Source: a virus (taxonomy: Duplodnaviria > Caudoviricetes). Taken from it: a stretch of 26,802 nt of DNA. Positions 1 to 8,088 of the stretch are shown here, piece by piece (the first letter of the stretch is position 1; each line of letters begins with the position of its first letter). The notes under the pieces are model-generated. The model ran no database searches and was not told the origin of the DNA. It saw only the letters and a program-made list of their open reading frames with translations. Location: positions 1 to 26,802 of the IMG/VR virus record IMGVR_UViG_3300030397_000389; one strand, given 5' to 3'. The position numbers were made by a program, and so were the translations under genes.

Positions 1-55
1 CTACGCATCCCCACGCAATTCGGTCTTTCCATACCGAGAATCCATTTTGTGACAT
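1..55 (-). CDS. 5' fragment of a gene running off the window (MSQNGFSVWKDRIAWGCV...)
   Basis: ATG at 55 with the frame open to the window edge; no clear RBS. Confidence 0.3.
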   Translation of the reverse strand, partial: MSQNGFSVWKDRIAWGCV

Positions 56-125
56 TTTGTTGGCCCGCTTTCGTTGCCCGTTTTCGACTAGTATTGGGCA
101 GGGCGGGGTGTCGTCCTGATAAACG

Positions 126-159
126 GCCCTCACGTTCACAGCGTGGGGGCTATTTTTTT
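126..159. terminator. Intrinsic terminator-like hairpin
   Basis: GCCCTCACG-7nt-CGTGGGGGC stem followed by a T7 run on +; abuts the stop of the minus-strand gene ending at 150, possibly bidirectional. Confidence 0.55.
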
Positions 160-500
160 GAACTGCCGCCAGCCTCCAGAATCCAACCCTTGGTGGTTTC
201 GGTGTGCTGGTTTGTGGTGCCCTCTTGGGGGCGGTACATCCACCCAGCGCCCAGGATTGATCCGCCAAGTATCGCCGCAGCAAGTGCCGTCCATGCGGCG
301 CTTGATTGCGGCTTAGGGTGTTGGTGCACCGTTGGGGAATTGAAGTTGATCACATCTTCATATTTCGGATCTTTGAACGCCTCGCCATAGTGCTGCCTCA
401 GTTGAGCATCACCCATCTGTCTGGCTCGGCTGTGGTTGTTCATCTCCTCCGCGATCCCCGCCATGTGCGACATCATCGCCATGTTCCAGAAATCGCTCAT
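150..500 (-). CDS. Hypothetical protein with C-terminal transmembrane helix (ORF open to 608; start uncertain)
   Basis: AWTALAAAILGGSILGAGWMY hydrophobic segment; last gene before the hairpin. Confidence 0.7.
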   Translation of the reverse strand: MSDFWNMAMMSHMAGIAEEMNNHSRARQMGDAQLRQHYGEAFKDPKYEDVINFNSPTVHQHPKPQSSAAWTALAAAILGGSILGAGWMYRPQEGTTNQHTETTKGWILEAGGSSKK

Positions 501-627
501 GGAACGCCGCGAATCTGGCGACGGCTGACTGGAGCCCGTCGCGGCGGCCGACCTCTCTGACGAATTGCCGCCGCGACTCATACCAAGGGAATTCAAGAAT
601 CGATTCATCGTTGGGATCTTCGATCAT
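409..627 (-). CDS. Small hypothetical protein overlapping the downstream gene in another frame
   Basis: ATGA start/stop overlap with the 624..953 gene suggests translational coupling. Confidence 0.5.
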   Translation of the reverse strand: MIEDPNDESILEFPWYESRRQFVREVGRRDGLQSAVARFAAFHERFLEHGDDVAHGGDRGGDEQPQPSQTDG

Positions 628-953
628 GAACCTTTAATCGCGTCGGGGGCTACGTTGCCACCGCTGGGCAGGTTCCCAGGGAACACGCCAGACGATTTCA
701 ATTGCAGCAGCGTGTCTGCGAGCCCCTCTTTCTCAAGCAAGTTTTGTGCGGTAGCGCCCATGAGCATCTTTTGCAGCAGGAATCCCTGCTTCGATTCCTG
801 AGCAACAAACGCGGACCCGTCGTTGAACCGTTCTGCGGTCTGCTCGATTCGGGTGTGGCGCGCGATGAAACCCTGGCTAAGAATCTCTTCTGAAAGTGGC
901 ATTAAACTACCCTCTAGGGTTGAAGTGATTTCCCCCGTCGATTCTTCGGGCAT
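624..953 (-). CDS. Hypothetical protein
   Basis: 109-aa ORF starting 12 nt after the protease stop; tight packing. Confidence 0.75.
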   Translation of the reverse strand: MPEESTGEITSTLEGSLMPLSEEILSQGFIARHTRIEQTAERFNDGSAFVAQESKQGFLLQKMLMGATAQNLLEKEGLADTLLQLKSSGVFPGNLPSGGNVAPDAIKGS

Positions 954-964
954 GACGTCTGCCT

Positions 965-2602
965 TTACTTAGGAGGTATCTGACGGAGGTATCCGTCGTG
1001 GTCCAGGCCGAACGTAACGACGTTTGGCTGGCCGTTACGCTTGTAGGTTGGATTGTCGTCACCGTCCACAATGTGGATCCGGTAGATCTTCTGTTCGAGC
1101 TGATCCACGCGATCGGACAGGCTGCTGGTGTCTGGTTTCAGGTTGACCAGCAGCTTGTCGTCAGCGTACAAGTTGCCGTCTTCGTCGACCGACATGACAG
1201 GGGTTCGCCCGTCCTTGCCGTCTTTCCCGTCCTTGCCGTCCTTGCCATCCGCTCCGCGTAGCGCCGGGTCGGATTTCAGCTCGGCGGCTAGGTCGGCTTT
1301 CATGCTGCTTAGCATGGCCGACAAGCGGTCTGAGACGGTGTCAATCACCAGGTCGGTGTCGGCGTCCTGTCCTGGCTCACCCTGAGGGCCCTGTGGCCCT
1401 GCTTCACCTTGTGGCCCTGCTGGTCCGGTTTCACCTTGCGGGCCCTGTTCGCCATCTGATACCTGATTAAGCACGCGAGCCGCGACGTCCTCAACAATCG
1501 CGTTACGGTCAATCGTGACCTGCACCGGCTTGCGACCATGGCCAAACGCTACCTGCTCATCCGCATAGCTCGAGAGCGGCTTCTCTTCTGTGGCCCGCTG
1601 CTCGAAATCCTCAAACGTCTCAGCTGACACGAACGGCGTGTCATTGCTGTCCGGTTCCGCGGCCGCCTCAGACTGCATCAGCCGTTCTGGGCTCATGTCC
1701 CAGGACAGGTCAGTCAGCTCGGCTTTGAGCCAGTTGCGGACGGTTGAAACGTTGGTCCCGTAGGTCGTCTGCGGGTCACCCCACAGCACAGCCACCAGCT
1801 CACCATTAGCGTTGAATTGACCGCCGCCGCTATTACCTTGAGTCGCTGCGGACAACGTCTGCATCTGGGTAAGGCCGCTGTCGAATTGCATCCGGGCTAT
1901 CGGATCGGACGGCACCGGAATCGATTCCTCGTCGCTGGTTACGTCCACCTGAGTTACCGGGTTGCAGCGTCGTCGACGAAACAGGAATCGGCAGGACGTT
2001 TCGGAGCGGGTCAGCGATACGGGAGCGCCGTCGCGACCAGTCCACCCCACGTATCGCTCACCCTCGCTTCCGTTGTGCCACATGTTGACGTATCCACCTA
2101 CGCGGCCCGACTGCAGCTTGTAGCGGCCAGCCGAATCAAACGCCGAAGTCCAGACCGTTGAGCCTTTGCGGGCGTGTGTCCGGGCCAGCGGCGCCACCCG
2201 TGGATACGTGACGCCGCTGACCTTGAGTACGGCCAGGTCGTAACGCTCTGACACGGCTACGCGAGTTGCCAAAGCCTGCCTGCCGTCCGCGAATGTCACG
2301 CCGATTGTGTCGCCGTCGCTCGAGCCGTGGGCGCACGTCAGCAGCCAGGTCCCGGTACTGTCGCTGTGGATAGCCGTTGCCGACGTGGCCCGCTTGATTT
2401 TCTTGTCTTCGCTGATTGCACCCACTCGAGCGGTGGTAGCCCGTACGTCTGGGGCAGTCTGCTGCGTGAATTGCTCAGCGACGAATTGAGGTCTTGCCAC
2501 AACCTGCGGCACGAATCTCTGTCCTCACGTGCCGGTCGTGCATTGCTGGGCTGCAGCCTGTGCTGCGAACGATAGACACAATACGGCAGTCAACAAACGC
2601 AT
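965..2602 (-). CDS. Secreted trypsin-like serine protease with collagen repeats; in-frame TGA at codon 26 (2525-2527), candidate selenocysteine
   Basis: Triad motifs LLTCAHG, DLAVL, GNSGGG; GXY repeats. ATG 2602 abuts the upstream stop (2603) and reads MRLLTAVLCLSFAAQAAAQQCTTGT*GQRF in frame with the 965..2512 ORF; classic signal peptide. Confidence 0.85.
1364..1453 (-). repeat. Collagen-like (Gly-X-Y)10 coding repeat; a second (GKD)n tract lies at about 1211-1249
   Basis: GEQGPQGETGPAGPQGEAGPQGPQGEPGQD and GADGKDGKDGKDGKDG in the translation. Confidence 0.9.
2488..2527 (-). promoter_or_regulatory. Putative bacterial SECIS element directly 3' of the in-frame UGA
   Basis: UGA-GGACAGAGAUUCG-UGCCGCA-GGU-UGUGGCA-AGACCUC: 7-bp upper stem starting 14 nt after UGA, apical GGU, GAG/CUC lower pairing; apex resembles the GCAGGUCUGC of E. 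coli fdhF SECIS. Confidence 0.7.
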
Positions 2603-3916
2603 TTACTCATCCTCCAGAAAGTACATGTGCCGCGGGTGTTTCTGCGGGTCATACATTTCGCAGACCACACCGTCCCACTCGGGTTTGAATTGGAAGTTCA
2701 GATTTGGGCCGCGGGTCCGGGCTGCTTGCGACCATAAGTCGACACTGAGAAATCCGCCCCGCTTCAGACTGCCGTCGTCAGCAATCTCCGGCTTGTTGCC
2801 GCGGAGCCAGCCGTACTTGCCATTGGCGAATGCGAATTTGCGAGCACTGGCCAAAGAGTGCTTGTGACAGTTGGCACACGATACACGGTCGTTTCCTAGG
2901 AAGCTGCCGCTGTAGTTGCTGGGCACGATATGGAAACCGTCCGCAGTCGGTGCCGCACAATTCGGCTTCCAGTCGACGCCCAGCGCACTTGCGAATCCGC
3001 TCAGCCGCTTGTCGTCCAACGCTCGCCGCACCACCTCAGCCGGAATCGGTGGCAGCTTGTCTACTCCGGCCCGCACGTCAAACGCCGAACCCCGCTGTGT
3101 ACCGAAAGCGTTATTGCCGCTGGTCTGGTCGGTCAAACGCATTGATACGACCGTCGTATCATCCAGCAAGTGACGGTGAAGAGTGCCGACCTGGCCGGTC
3201 TTATCGTGGTTGGTGGCAGATAGATACTCGGCCAGGTCGGCGGCACGTGGGAACGGCCTGAAAATCTCAACGCCAATCGAATCCGGTTCGCGAATCCGCC
3301 AGCGTATTTCTGCTACGTAGTGCTGCTGTGCCTCGTTGTCGTCGACAGTAATTAGCTCGAGCACCTTGGTTCCAACCGGCACACGGAAATCGGTTCCCGT
3401 TACCGTTGGCCTTGGCTGGAACACGCCCTCGAGTTCCGTGCGGTGTACGACGATTGGCCAGAATGTGCCGTCGTCACGCTTGGGGAGCAACAGGCCTTTG
3501 ATGTGACTGACGTTGTTGCTGCGAGCTGTGCCGCCGGGCTGTGGCATCCATGGCCACGAGTTGGCATCCTTTGCGTTGAGGTTTCCGCCGAAACCATCTG
3601 GTCGGCCGGCGTCTGGGAATTCACCCGAGATATTCTGGAGCGAGTCAGCCAGCCCAACCATGCCGACGTTGCCGGCCTCGCCGTCCGCACTGATAGTGAA
3701 CCCAAGCTGGTAAACCCTCGAGCCCTCGTACCAAATCATATCAGGGCTGTGCAGCGCCTCATCAAACTCTGGATCGAGCAGCTTGGGCAAGTGCTGGCGA
3801 ATGCGGTTTACTTGCTCGTCGCTGAGTACCTGCTGGCCATGAGATACCAGGCACGCCACCAGGACGGTAGCCACCAGGGCAACTATTGCCAGTGCGTCAA
3901 TCAATGCTCTTCTCAT
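2603..3916 (-). CDS. Secreted/membrane-anchored protein with one CxxCH c-type heme motif
   Basis: GAGGG-6nt-ATG at 3916; MRRALIDALAIVALVATVLVACLVSHG signal; CANCHKH motif near the C-terminus. Confidence 0.75.
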   Translation of the reverse strand: MRRALIDALAIVALVATVLVACLVSHGQQVLSDEQVNRIRQHLPKLLDPEFDEALHSPDMIWYEGSRVYQLGFTISADGEAGNVGMVGLADSLQNISGEFPDAGRPDGFGGNLNAKDANSWPWMPQPGGTARSNNVSHIKGLLLPKRDDGTFWPIVVHRTELEGVFQPRPTVTGTDFRVPVGTKVLELITVDDNEAQQHYVAEIRWRIREPDSIGVEIFRPFPRAADLAEYLSATNHDKTGQVGTLHRHLLDDTTVVSMRLTDQTSGNNAFGTQRGSAFDVRAGVDKLPPIPAEVVRRALDDKRLSGFASALGVDWKPNCAAPTADGFHIVPSNYSGSFLGNDRVSCANCHKHSLASARKFAFANGKYGWLRGNKPEIADDGSLKRGGFLSVDLWSQAARTRGPNLNFQFKPEWDGVVCEMYDPQKHPRHMYFLEDE

Positions 3917-3924
3917 TTGAACCC

Positions 3925-4305
3925 TCAAAACCAGAGCACCCTTAGGAACAGGCACCGCCACATGATTCGCAGCTTGGCCCATGCCGATAACGGCTCGCTG
4001 AACGTGAAATACCAAACGCCATTCAACGCTACCCGCCGATAGTAAATTCCCGCGAACCACGCACTGGCACCGCATCGCCGCAAGTTGCGTTTGAAAATCC
4101 GGTCGACCTCTTCCCGCCGCCGCTCGTTCCCGCCAATGCCGTAGGCGTAATCGTGGTAGTGACACGCTGGCCGCAGGTCGGTGCCGCCAACCAGGTCCGG
4201 GCTCATGGTGCAGCCGTTGCTCATGTAGTCATCTGGCGGCGTCGGCCCCTCCATGAGGGTTAGCAGCGACTGCGGTAAATCGGCGTTGCACAGGTGCGGT
4301 GGCAT
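3925..4305 (-). CDS. Phospholipase A2-like protein
   Basis: NGCTMSPD...ACHYHDYAY...DRIFKRNL pattern matches the C-x-x-H-D-x-x-Y catalytic helix of prokaryotic PLA2-fold proteins. Confidence 0.7.
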   Translation of the reverse strand: MPPHLCNADLPQSLLTLMEGPTPPDDYMSNGCTMSPDLVGGTDLRPACHYHDYAYGIGGNERRREEVDRIFKRNLRRCGASAWFAGIYYRRVALNGVWYFTFSEPLSAWAKLRIMWRCLFLRVLWF

Positions 4306-4322
4306 GTTAGCCCCAAGAAACG

Positions 4323-4372
4323 AAAAAAGCCCGCCGCAAGTCGCTGGCCAATTCAGCGAACTACGGCGGGCT
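4323..4372 (-). terminator. Intrinsic terminator ending the early operon
   Basis: AGCCCGCCGUAG-UUCGCUG-loop-CAGCGA-CUUGCGGCGGGCU followed by a U-run on the minus strand. Confidence 0.85.
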
Positions 4373-4392
4373 CTCCAGCCAATGGCGGCGTC

Positions 4393-4581
4393 TCACCCTG
4401 GTCGATTTGTCTTCCGTAATAGTAGGGCTTCGGGGGTGGTTGGTGCAAGCCGAACGCGGGTATTCGGCGGTGCGGAAACCACCACCTGGCCGCTATTTCG
4501 GTCCATTATCACGCGGATATTGTCGCCGATTTCTATTACACCTGGCCTGAATCGGAACGGCTTGAAAGTCGGCTCTGCCAT
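4393..4581 (-). CDS. CsrA/RsmA-like small RNA-binding protein (62 aa)
   Basis: AGGAGG RBS before ATG 4581; VIEIGDNIRVIMDRNSGQVVVSAPPNTRV aligns to the CsrA core (I-x-IGD-x-I-x-V...I-x-AP-x-x-x-x-V); N-terminus divergent. Confidence 0.6.
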   Translation of the reverse strand: MAEPTFKPFRFRPGVIEIGDNIRVIMDRNSGQVVVSAPPNTRVRLAPTTPEALLLRKTNRPG

Positions 4582-4637
4582 GGGCGCCCCTCCTGAGCTA
4601 TCCACTACGAAATCCCCGTCGTCGCTGACTTGTTGAA

Positions 4638-5030
4638 TCAATACTCCACCCTCACCGCGTGCCCTTGCTCGACAAGCCAGTTGTTGACGTTCGTTTGGCC
4701 TATCCAAACCGTCGCTATCCACCGGCCGTATTTGCCGCGTCGGTCCCCGTGCGTGTCGATTACGATTCGCTTGCCCTCAATCAACTCGACCAGCGCCGCT
4801 TTGGCTGCCAGCCCCCGCTCGCGTTCGTCGCCGCGTGTCTCCCATGCGTCGATACCTTGGAGCCGAAACCGGTCCCGCAGCACGTGGCGGAAGCCGGATG
4901 CGACAACTAGGTCCAGCGTGTCGCCGTCTACCACGCGTTCAACGCGGGCGTGGTAGGTCGAGGTGACCGGCGGCGCGGGTTGGACCATCGATAGGGCGAT
5001 GAGTGCGGCGATGGTTAGGGGGCTACGCAT
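4638..5030 (-). CDS. Thermonuclease (SNase family) with signal peptide
   Basis: RVVDGDT, RLQGIDAWE, GKYGRWIA, VNNWLVEQGHA motifs. Confidence 0.9.
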   Translation of the reverse strand: MRSPLTIAALIALSMVQPAPPVTSTYHARVERVVDGDTLDLVVASGFRHVLRDRFRLQGIDAWETRGDERERGLAAKAALVELIEGKRIVIDTHGDRRGKYGRWIATVWIGQTNVNNWLVEQGHAVRVEY

Positions 5031-5424
5031 CCGTCAGGCCCTCCAGCCAATCAAACACCGCATCGGCATCGCCCACGCTATCGCAACGTATGCGCACCTG
5101 ACAGTAACTTCGGCTGATCGTGACCGCTCGCTCTCGCAGTAGTCGTTCTCCCTTGCTGGGCTCTGAGGCATCCGGCACCCAAACACGTTTCCTTGCCCCC
5201 CAGGTGCTTTCCAGTAACAGGCTCCCGTCAGCGTTATCCTGGGCCACCCACCAGCCCACCAGTGACTCACGCTGCGATTTCAGCTCCCGCAGCCGCTGAA
5301 TCAACCTCTCGACCTCGATCCGCTTATCAGTCGGCAACCCCTCCAGGCACTTACACCCGCCGTTTGTGTGCTGGCCGGTCACGGGCTCCAGTCGTAGTTT
5401 GCAGTTTCCGTCGCTACAGGGCAT
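5023..5424 (-). CDS. Hypothetical protein
   Basis: GGAGG RBS, tight packing, HTNGGCKC motif. Confidence 0.65.
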   Translation of the reverse strand: MPCSDGNCKLRLEPVTGQHTNGGCKCLEGLPTDKRIEVERLIQRLRELKSQRESLVGWWVAQDNADGSLLLESTWGARKRVWVPDASEPSKGERLLRERAVTISRSYCQVRIRCDSVGDADAVFDWLEGLTDA

Positions 5425-5425
5425 T

Positions 5426-5632
5426 TCAGCACCTCCTCCCGCACACCATGCACCGCTCGGCGTACTGATGAACGGTCACGCGTTCGCACTTCGGGCACAT
5501 CGTGGCGTCGGGTCCGGCTTGCTGCTCTGGCGAGCAGGGCCTATCAACCCGCCGCTCTAACAAACGCTGATATTCATCCGGGTCGCCATGTGCGTCTGCC
5601 CAACATTTCTCACAGCTCGGCATTGCCTTCAC
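5426..5632 (-). CDS. Small Cys-rich (Zn-binding) hypothetical protein
   Basis: CEKC, CPKC, CMVC motifs; operon packing. Confidence 0.65.
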   Translation of the reverse strand: MKAMPSCEKCWADAHGDPDEYQRLLERRVDRPCSPEQQAGPDATMCPKCERVTVHQYAERCMVCGRRC

Positions 5633-5638
5633 CCCATG

Positions 5639-5833
5639 TCATTGGTTCGTGCTCACTTTCCCATCCCGCCAGCAGGCTGGCAGGCTCCAGCAGTGCGAGA
5701 AATTACTATCAAGCCGTTCGCGGCCAATCTCACGCCACTCGCCGAGCCAGTCTTGGATCTCAACCACAACCTCAGCTTCAGGGTCGTCTTCGCCACCAAC
5801 GCGGCGGATTTTTACGCTCTGGACCTCCATCAT
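5639..5833 (-). CDS. Hypothetical protein
   Basis: GAGG RBS; start overlaps the stop of the upstream gene. Confidence 0.6.
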   Translation of the reverse strand: MMEVQSVKIRRVGGEDDPEAEVVVEIQDWLGEWREIGRERLDSNFSHCWSLPACWRDGKVSTNQ

Positions 5834-6099
5834 TTCAACACCTCTTCCGGCCAATGCTCCTTCAGGAACTCATCCAAGCTTATCGGCGGGTGGTAGAGGA
5901 CCTTGGCCCATTCGATTAGCTGGCGTTCGGTGTTGACGAGTCCTTGGAATGCTTGGTCTAGCTTGTGGTCATATCCGGGGAGCCCGCCAGCGAGTGCCAG
6001 CAACCGTTTTCCGACCTTGCTATCTTCGTCGGCGTCCCAGTAGTCATGAGTGTCATTTGCGAACTGTCGGATAACGCTTAGGCTTTGGCTAACGGTCAT
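5830..6099 (-). CDS. Hypothetical protein
   Basis: GGGAG RBS, 89-aa ORF. Confidence 0.65.
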   Translation of the reverse strand: MTVSQSLSVIRQFANDTHDYWDADEDSKVGKRLLALAGGLPGYDHKLDQAFQGLVNTERQLIEWAKVLYHPPISLDEFLKEHWPEEVLK

Positions 6100-6246
6100 T
6101 CAACTCTCCCTGGTGCGGTGGATGATATCTCTCGTGAATCCGGTCTTTTGGTTACCCAATTGCCCATTTCGGCGTCCTTATCAATCGCCCAGCGTCGCGC
6201 AAACCGTAGACCGACCGGACGCTAGTAGATTGTCACGTGCGTCTGC

Positions 6247-6395
6247 TCAATTAACTGGCGTGAGAATCAATGCCGGGACGCCGTCAGTCATAACGTCCTC
6301 GTGTCCACGTTCCCCTCGGCATCCTTGGCCATAACGACTTCGCGAGTTTGGTCAGGCACTCCCAGCAGCAGCTCAACTAATTCACCGACTGTCAT
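6247..6395 (-). pseudogene. Small phage gene with internal deletion/frameshift
   Basis: Strong GGAGGTG RBS; MTVGELVELLLGVPDQTREVVMAKDAEGN then a frame change near 6305 to EDVMTDGVPALILTPVN*. Confidence 0.55.
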
Positions 6396-6396
6396 C

Positions 6397-6618
6397 AAAT
6401 CACCTCCACCTTAACCCTCACGTGCGGCTCTTCTCGCACAGAACCACGATGTAGTCGCACAGGCGCTCTACGACGTCATCCAGCTCGCCCACCTCGTCTT
6501 GGGCATCAGAATCGCCGTTCATCGCCCGTTGCACCTGTTCGACGTAATCCAGTGCCTGCCTCCTGGTTGATTCAAATGCCACGCTAAATCACCTCCACCT
6601 TAACAGTCACGTGCGGCT
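6397..6618. repeat. 33-bp direct repeat (6397-6429 and 6586-6618, 31/33 identical) duplicating the rusA 3' end and RBS
   Basis: aaatcacctccaccttaac[cc/ag]tcacgtgcggct seen twice, 189 bp apart. Confidence 0.9.
6418..6582 (-). CDS. 54-aa hypothetical protein between the direct repeats
   Basis: GGAGGTG RBS, GTG start; MAFESTRRQALDYVEQVQRAMNGDSDAQDEVGELDDVVERLCDYIVVLCEKSRT. Confidence 0.6.
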   Translation of the reverse strand: MAFESTRRQALDYVEQVQRAMNGDSDAQDEVGELDDVVERLCDYIVVLCEKSRT

Positions 6619-7096
6619 GCTCGTCGCCGGCCGCGATGACCTTGGTTGCATCTAGCTGTGCTATCTGTGAGTCGTCGTGCCAGACCAGCTTGCTCAATGC
6701 GTCCTTGACGGCTTTGGCTAGGTTGTCCAGGTCTGGTCGCTTTGCGTGGGACACACGTGGCATGGGTTTGGTTTTCCACATCATCTGCCGGGGCCGCGGC
6801 ATAACGAATGTCAGCGTCAGTCGCAGCGGATCTCTGAGCGGCGGACCGTCGTAGACAGCCGATGCGGCTTCACGGCAGCTGGCCTTGAACGCGTTAACCG
6901 GGTGTTTCGTCGGTGTGTAGTTGCGGACTTGGCCGTTGACGAACGCCGAACGCTGGCGGGGCTGGGCGACTGGCACGGCGTGGACGTCAAACTCGATCGC
7001 GTCGTCGTTCGTGTCGAGTGTCATCACGACTACCAGCCGGTCTAAGCCGTCCTGTTCTTCCATGTCCCGGTTCGAGGATTTTCCGGCCATCGTCAA
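6584..7096 (-). CDS. rusA: RusA family Holliday junction resolvase (start may be 7024)
   Basis: PVAQPRQR, KRPDLDNLAKAVKDAL, WHDDSQI motifs. Confidence 0.92.
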   Translation of the reverse strand: MTMAGKSSNRDMEEQDGLDRLVVVMTLDTNDDAIEFDVHAVPVAQPRQRSAFVNGQVRNYTPTKHPVNAFKASCREAASAVYDGPPLRDPLRLTLTFVMPRPRQMMWKTKPMPRVSHAKRPDLDNLAKAVKDALSKLVWHDDSQIAQLDATKVIAAGDEQPHVTVKVEVI

Positions 7097-7281
7097 TCCT
7101 CGTCCAATTCAGCGTCGATAAACGTCTGCACCTCAAACAGCGTCCCTAGGCTGCGTGCCGTGCGGAGGACTATACGCAGCCTCGCCACCTCTTCCGACAG
7201 GCAGTTCGGGCAGCCCTCGGACGTGGCTTGGTGGTGGCAGACTTCGCACTCGTGAGTTTCGGCTTTCTCGCAATTCGTCAT
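7093..7281 (-). CDS. Small Zn-finger hypothetical protein
   Basis: GGAG RBS before ATG 7281; CEVC and CPNC motifs. Confidence 0.55.
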   Translation of the reverse strand: MTNCEKAETHECEVCHHQATSEGCPNCLSEEVARLRIVLRTARSLGTLFEVQTFIDAELDED

Positions 7282-7526
7282 GCCAACTGCTCCATATGGA
7301 TCAATGGGTGTGTATCGCAGCTCAAGCGTGCCTTCCGTGAGTCGTGTGGACACCATGCGAGGCTCTCGCCATGGTCGTGTATAGGACGTAATCGCCCGTC
7401 GCACTCGGGTATTTCGATCCGGACGAACGATGCACCGCCAATCGAGATCTCACTGACCAGACCGGCGTCCTGGTTATGTCCCATGATTTCCAAGATGCAC
7501 CACTGCTCGAACTTGCTCTCATCCAT
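7278..7526 (-). pseudogene. Phage gene with probable internal deletion near 7391-7404
   Basis: MDESKFEQWCILEIMGH...SFVRIEIPECDGR resembles a recurrent phage family; a plausible continuation (RRAITSY) is in another frame at the same bases. Confidence 0.5.
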
Positions 7527-7897
7527 ACTATCCAGTCCCAGTCCCAAAAGTTCGGGTCACGTTCACACTTGACCCAAAGTACGTTCGCGTTGGTCAGCGT
7601 CGTTATCCACCGGCTATTGAGCTTGATCTTTGAGCCGTACGTATGGTGGCGGTGGCGCCAATGGCACAGGGGACAGCCAACGATCGCCGCGCGCCGGTCC
7701 TCAACCCGAACCATCCGGCCGCCACCGGCTGCCACGTGCATCCGCTGCAACGACCAGTCCGCATACCACCAACGCGGCCGGTCCGATTGCGAGCGACCAC
7801 ACGCCCAGCACCATGGCTTGGCCGCGATCATGTCACGGTACGCGATCCCCTCAGGACTGCGGCGTTGACGTTGGCGCTTCTTGCTGATCGCTCGCAT
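7322..7897 (-). CDS. HNH/NinG-like Zn-binding putative nuclease (C-terminal tail overlaps next gene)
   Basis: Basic N-terminus, CWACG...H...CPLCH motifs; position upstream of rusA. Confidence 0.6.
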   Translation of the reverse strand: MRAISKKRQRQRRSPEGIAYRDMIAAKPWCWACGRSQSDRPRWWYADWSLQRMHVAAGGGRMVRVEDRRAAIVGCPLCHWRHRHHTYGSKIKLNSRWITTLTNANVLWVKCERDPNFWDWDWIVWMRASSSSGASWKSWDITRTPVWSVRSRLAVHRSSGSKYPSATGDYVLYTTMARASHGVHTTHGRHA

Positions 7898-8088
7898 TGA
7901 ATCCAAAACTCCTAGCGCACCGACCCCATAGAAAATATGAGTACCTCCGCTAACTGCTGGGCGACGCTCTTTGTGTCGGTCATTTCCTCCCGCAGGAGTT
8001 GGCCTCGGCCCACCGGGTAGGGCTGTACCATGCACGCCTGCCAACAGCACGCCTCGATCACTGCCAATCTGTGGCTATTTACCGCTGA

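Noticed and set aside
150-160. -1 frameshift at A AAA AAA before a hairpin
   Set aside because: The -1 frame stops after about 5 codons; the hairpin is explained as a terminator
3917-4165. N-terminal 83 aa of the 2603..4165 ORF
   Set aside because: Overlaps the PLA2-like gene; RBS and signal peptide point to ATG 3916
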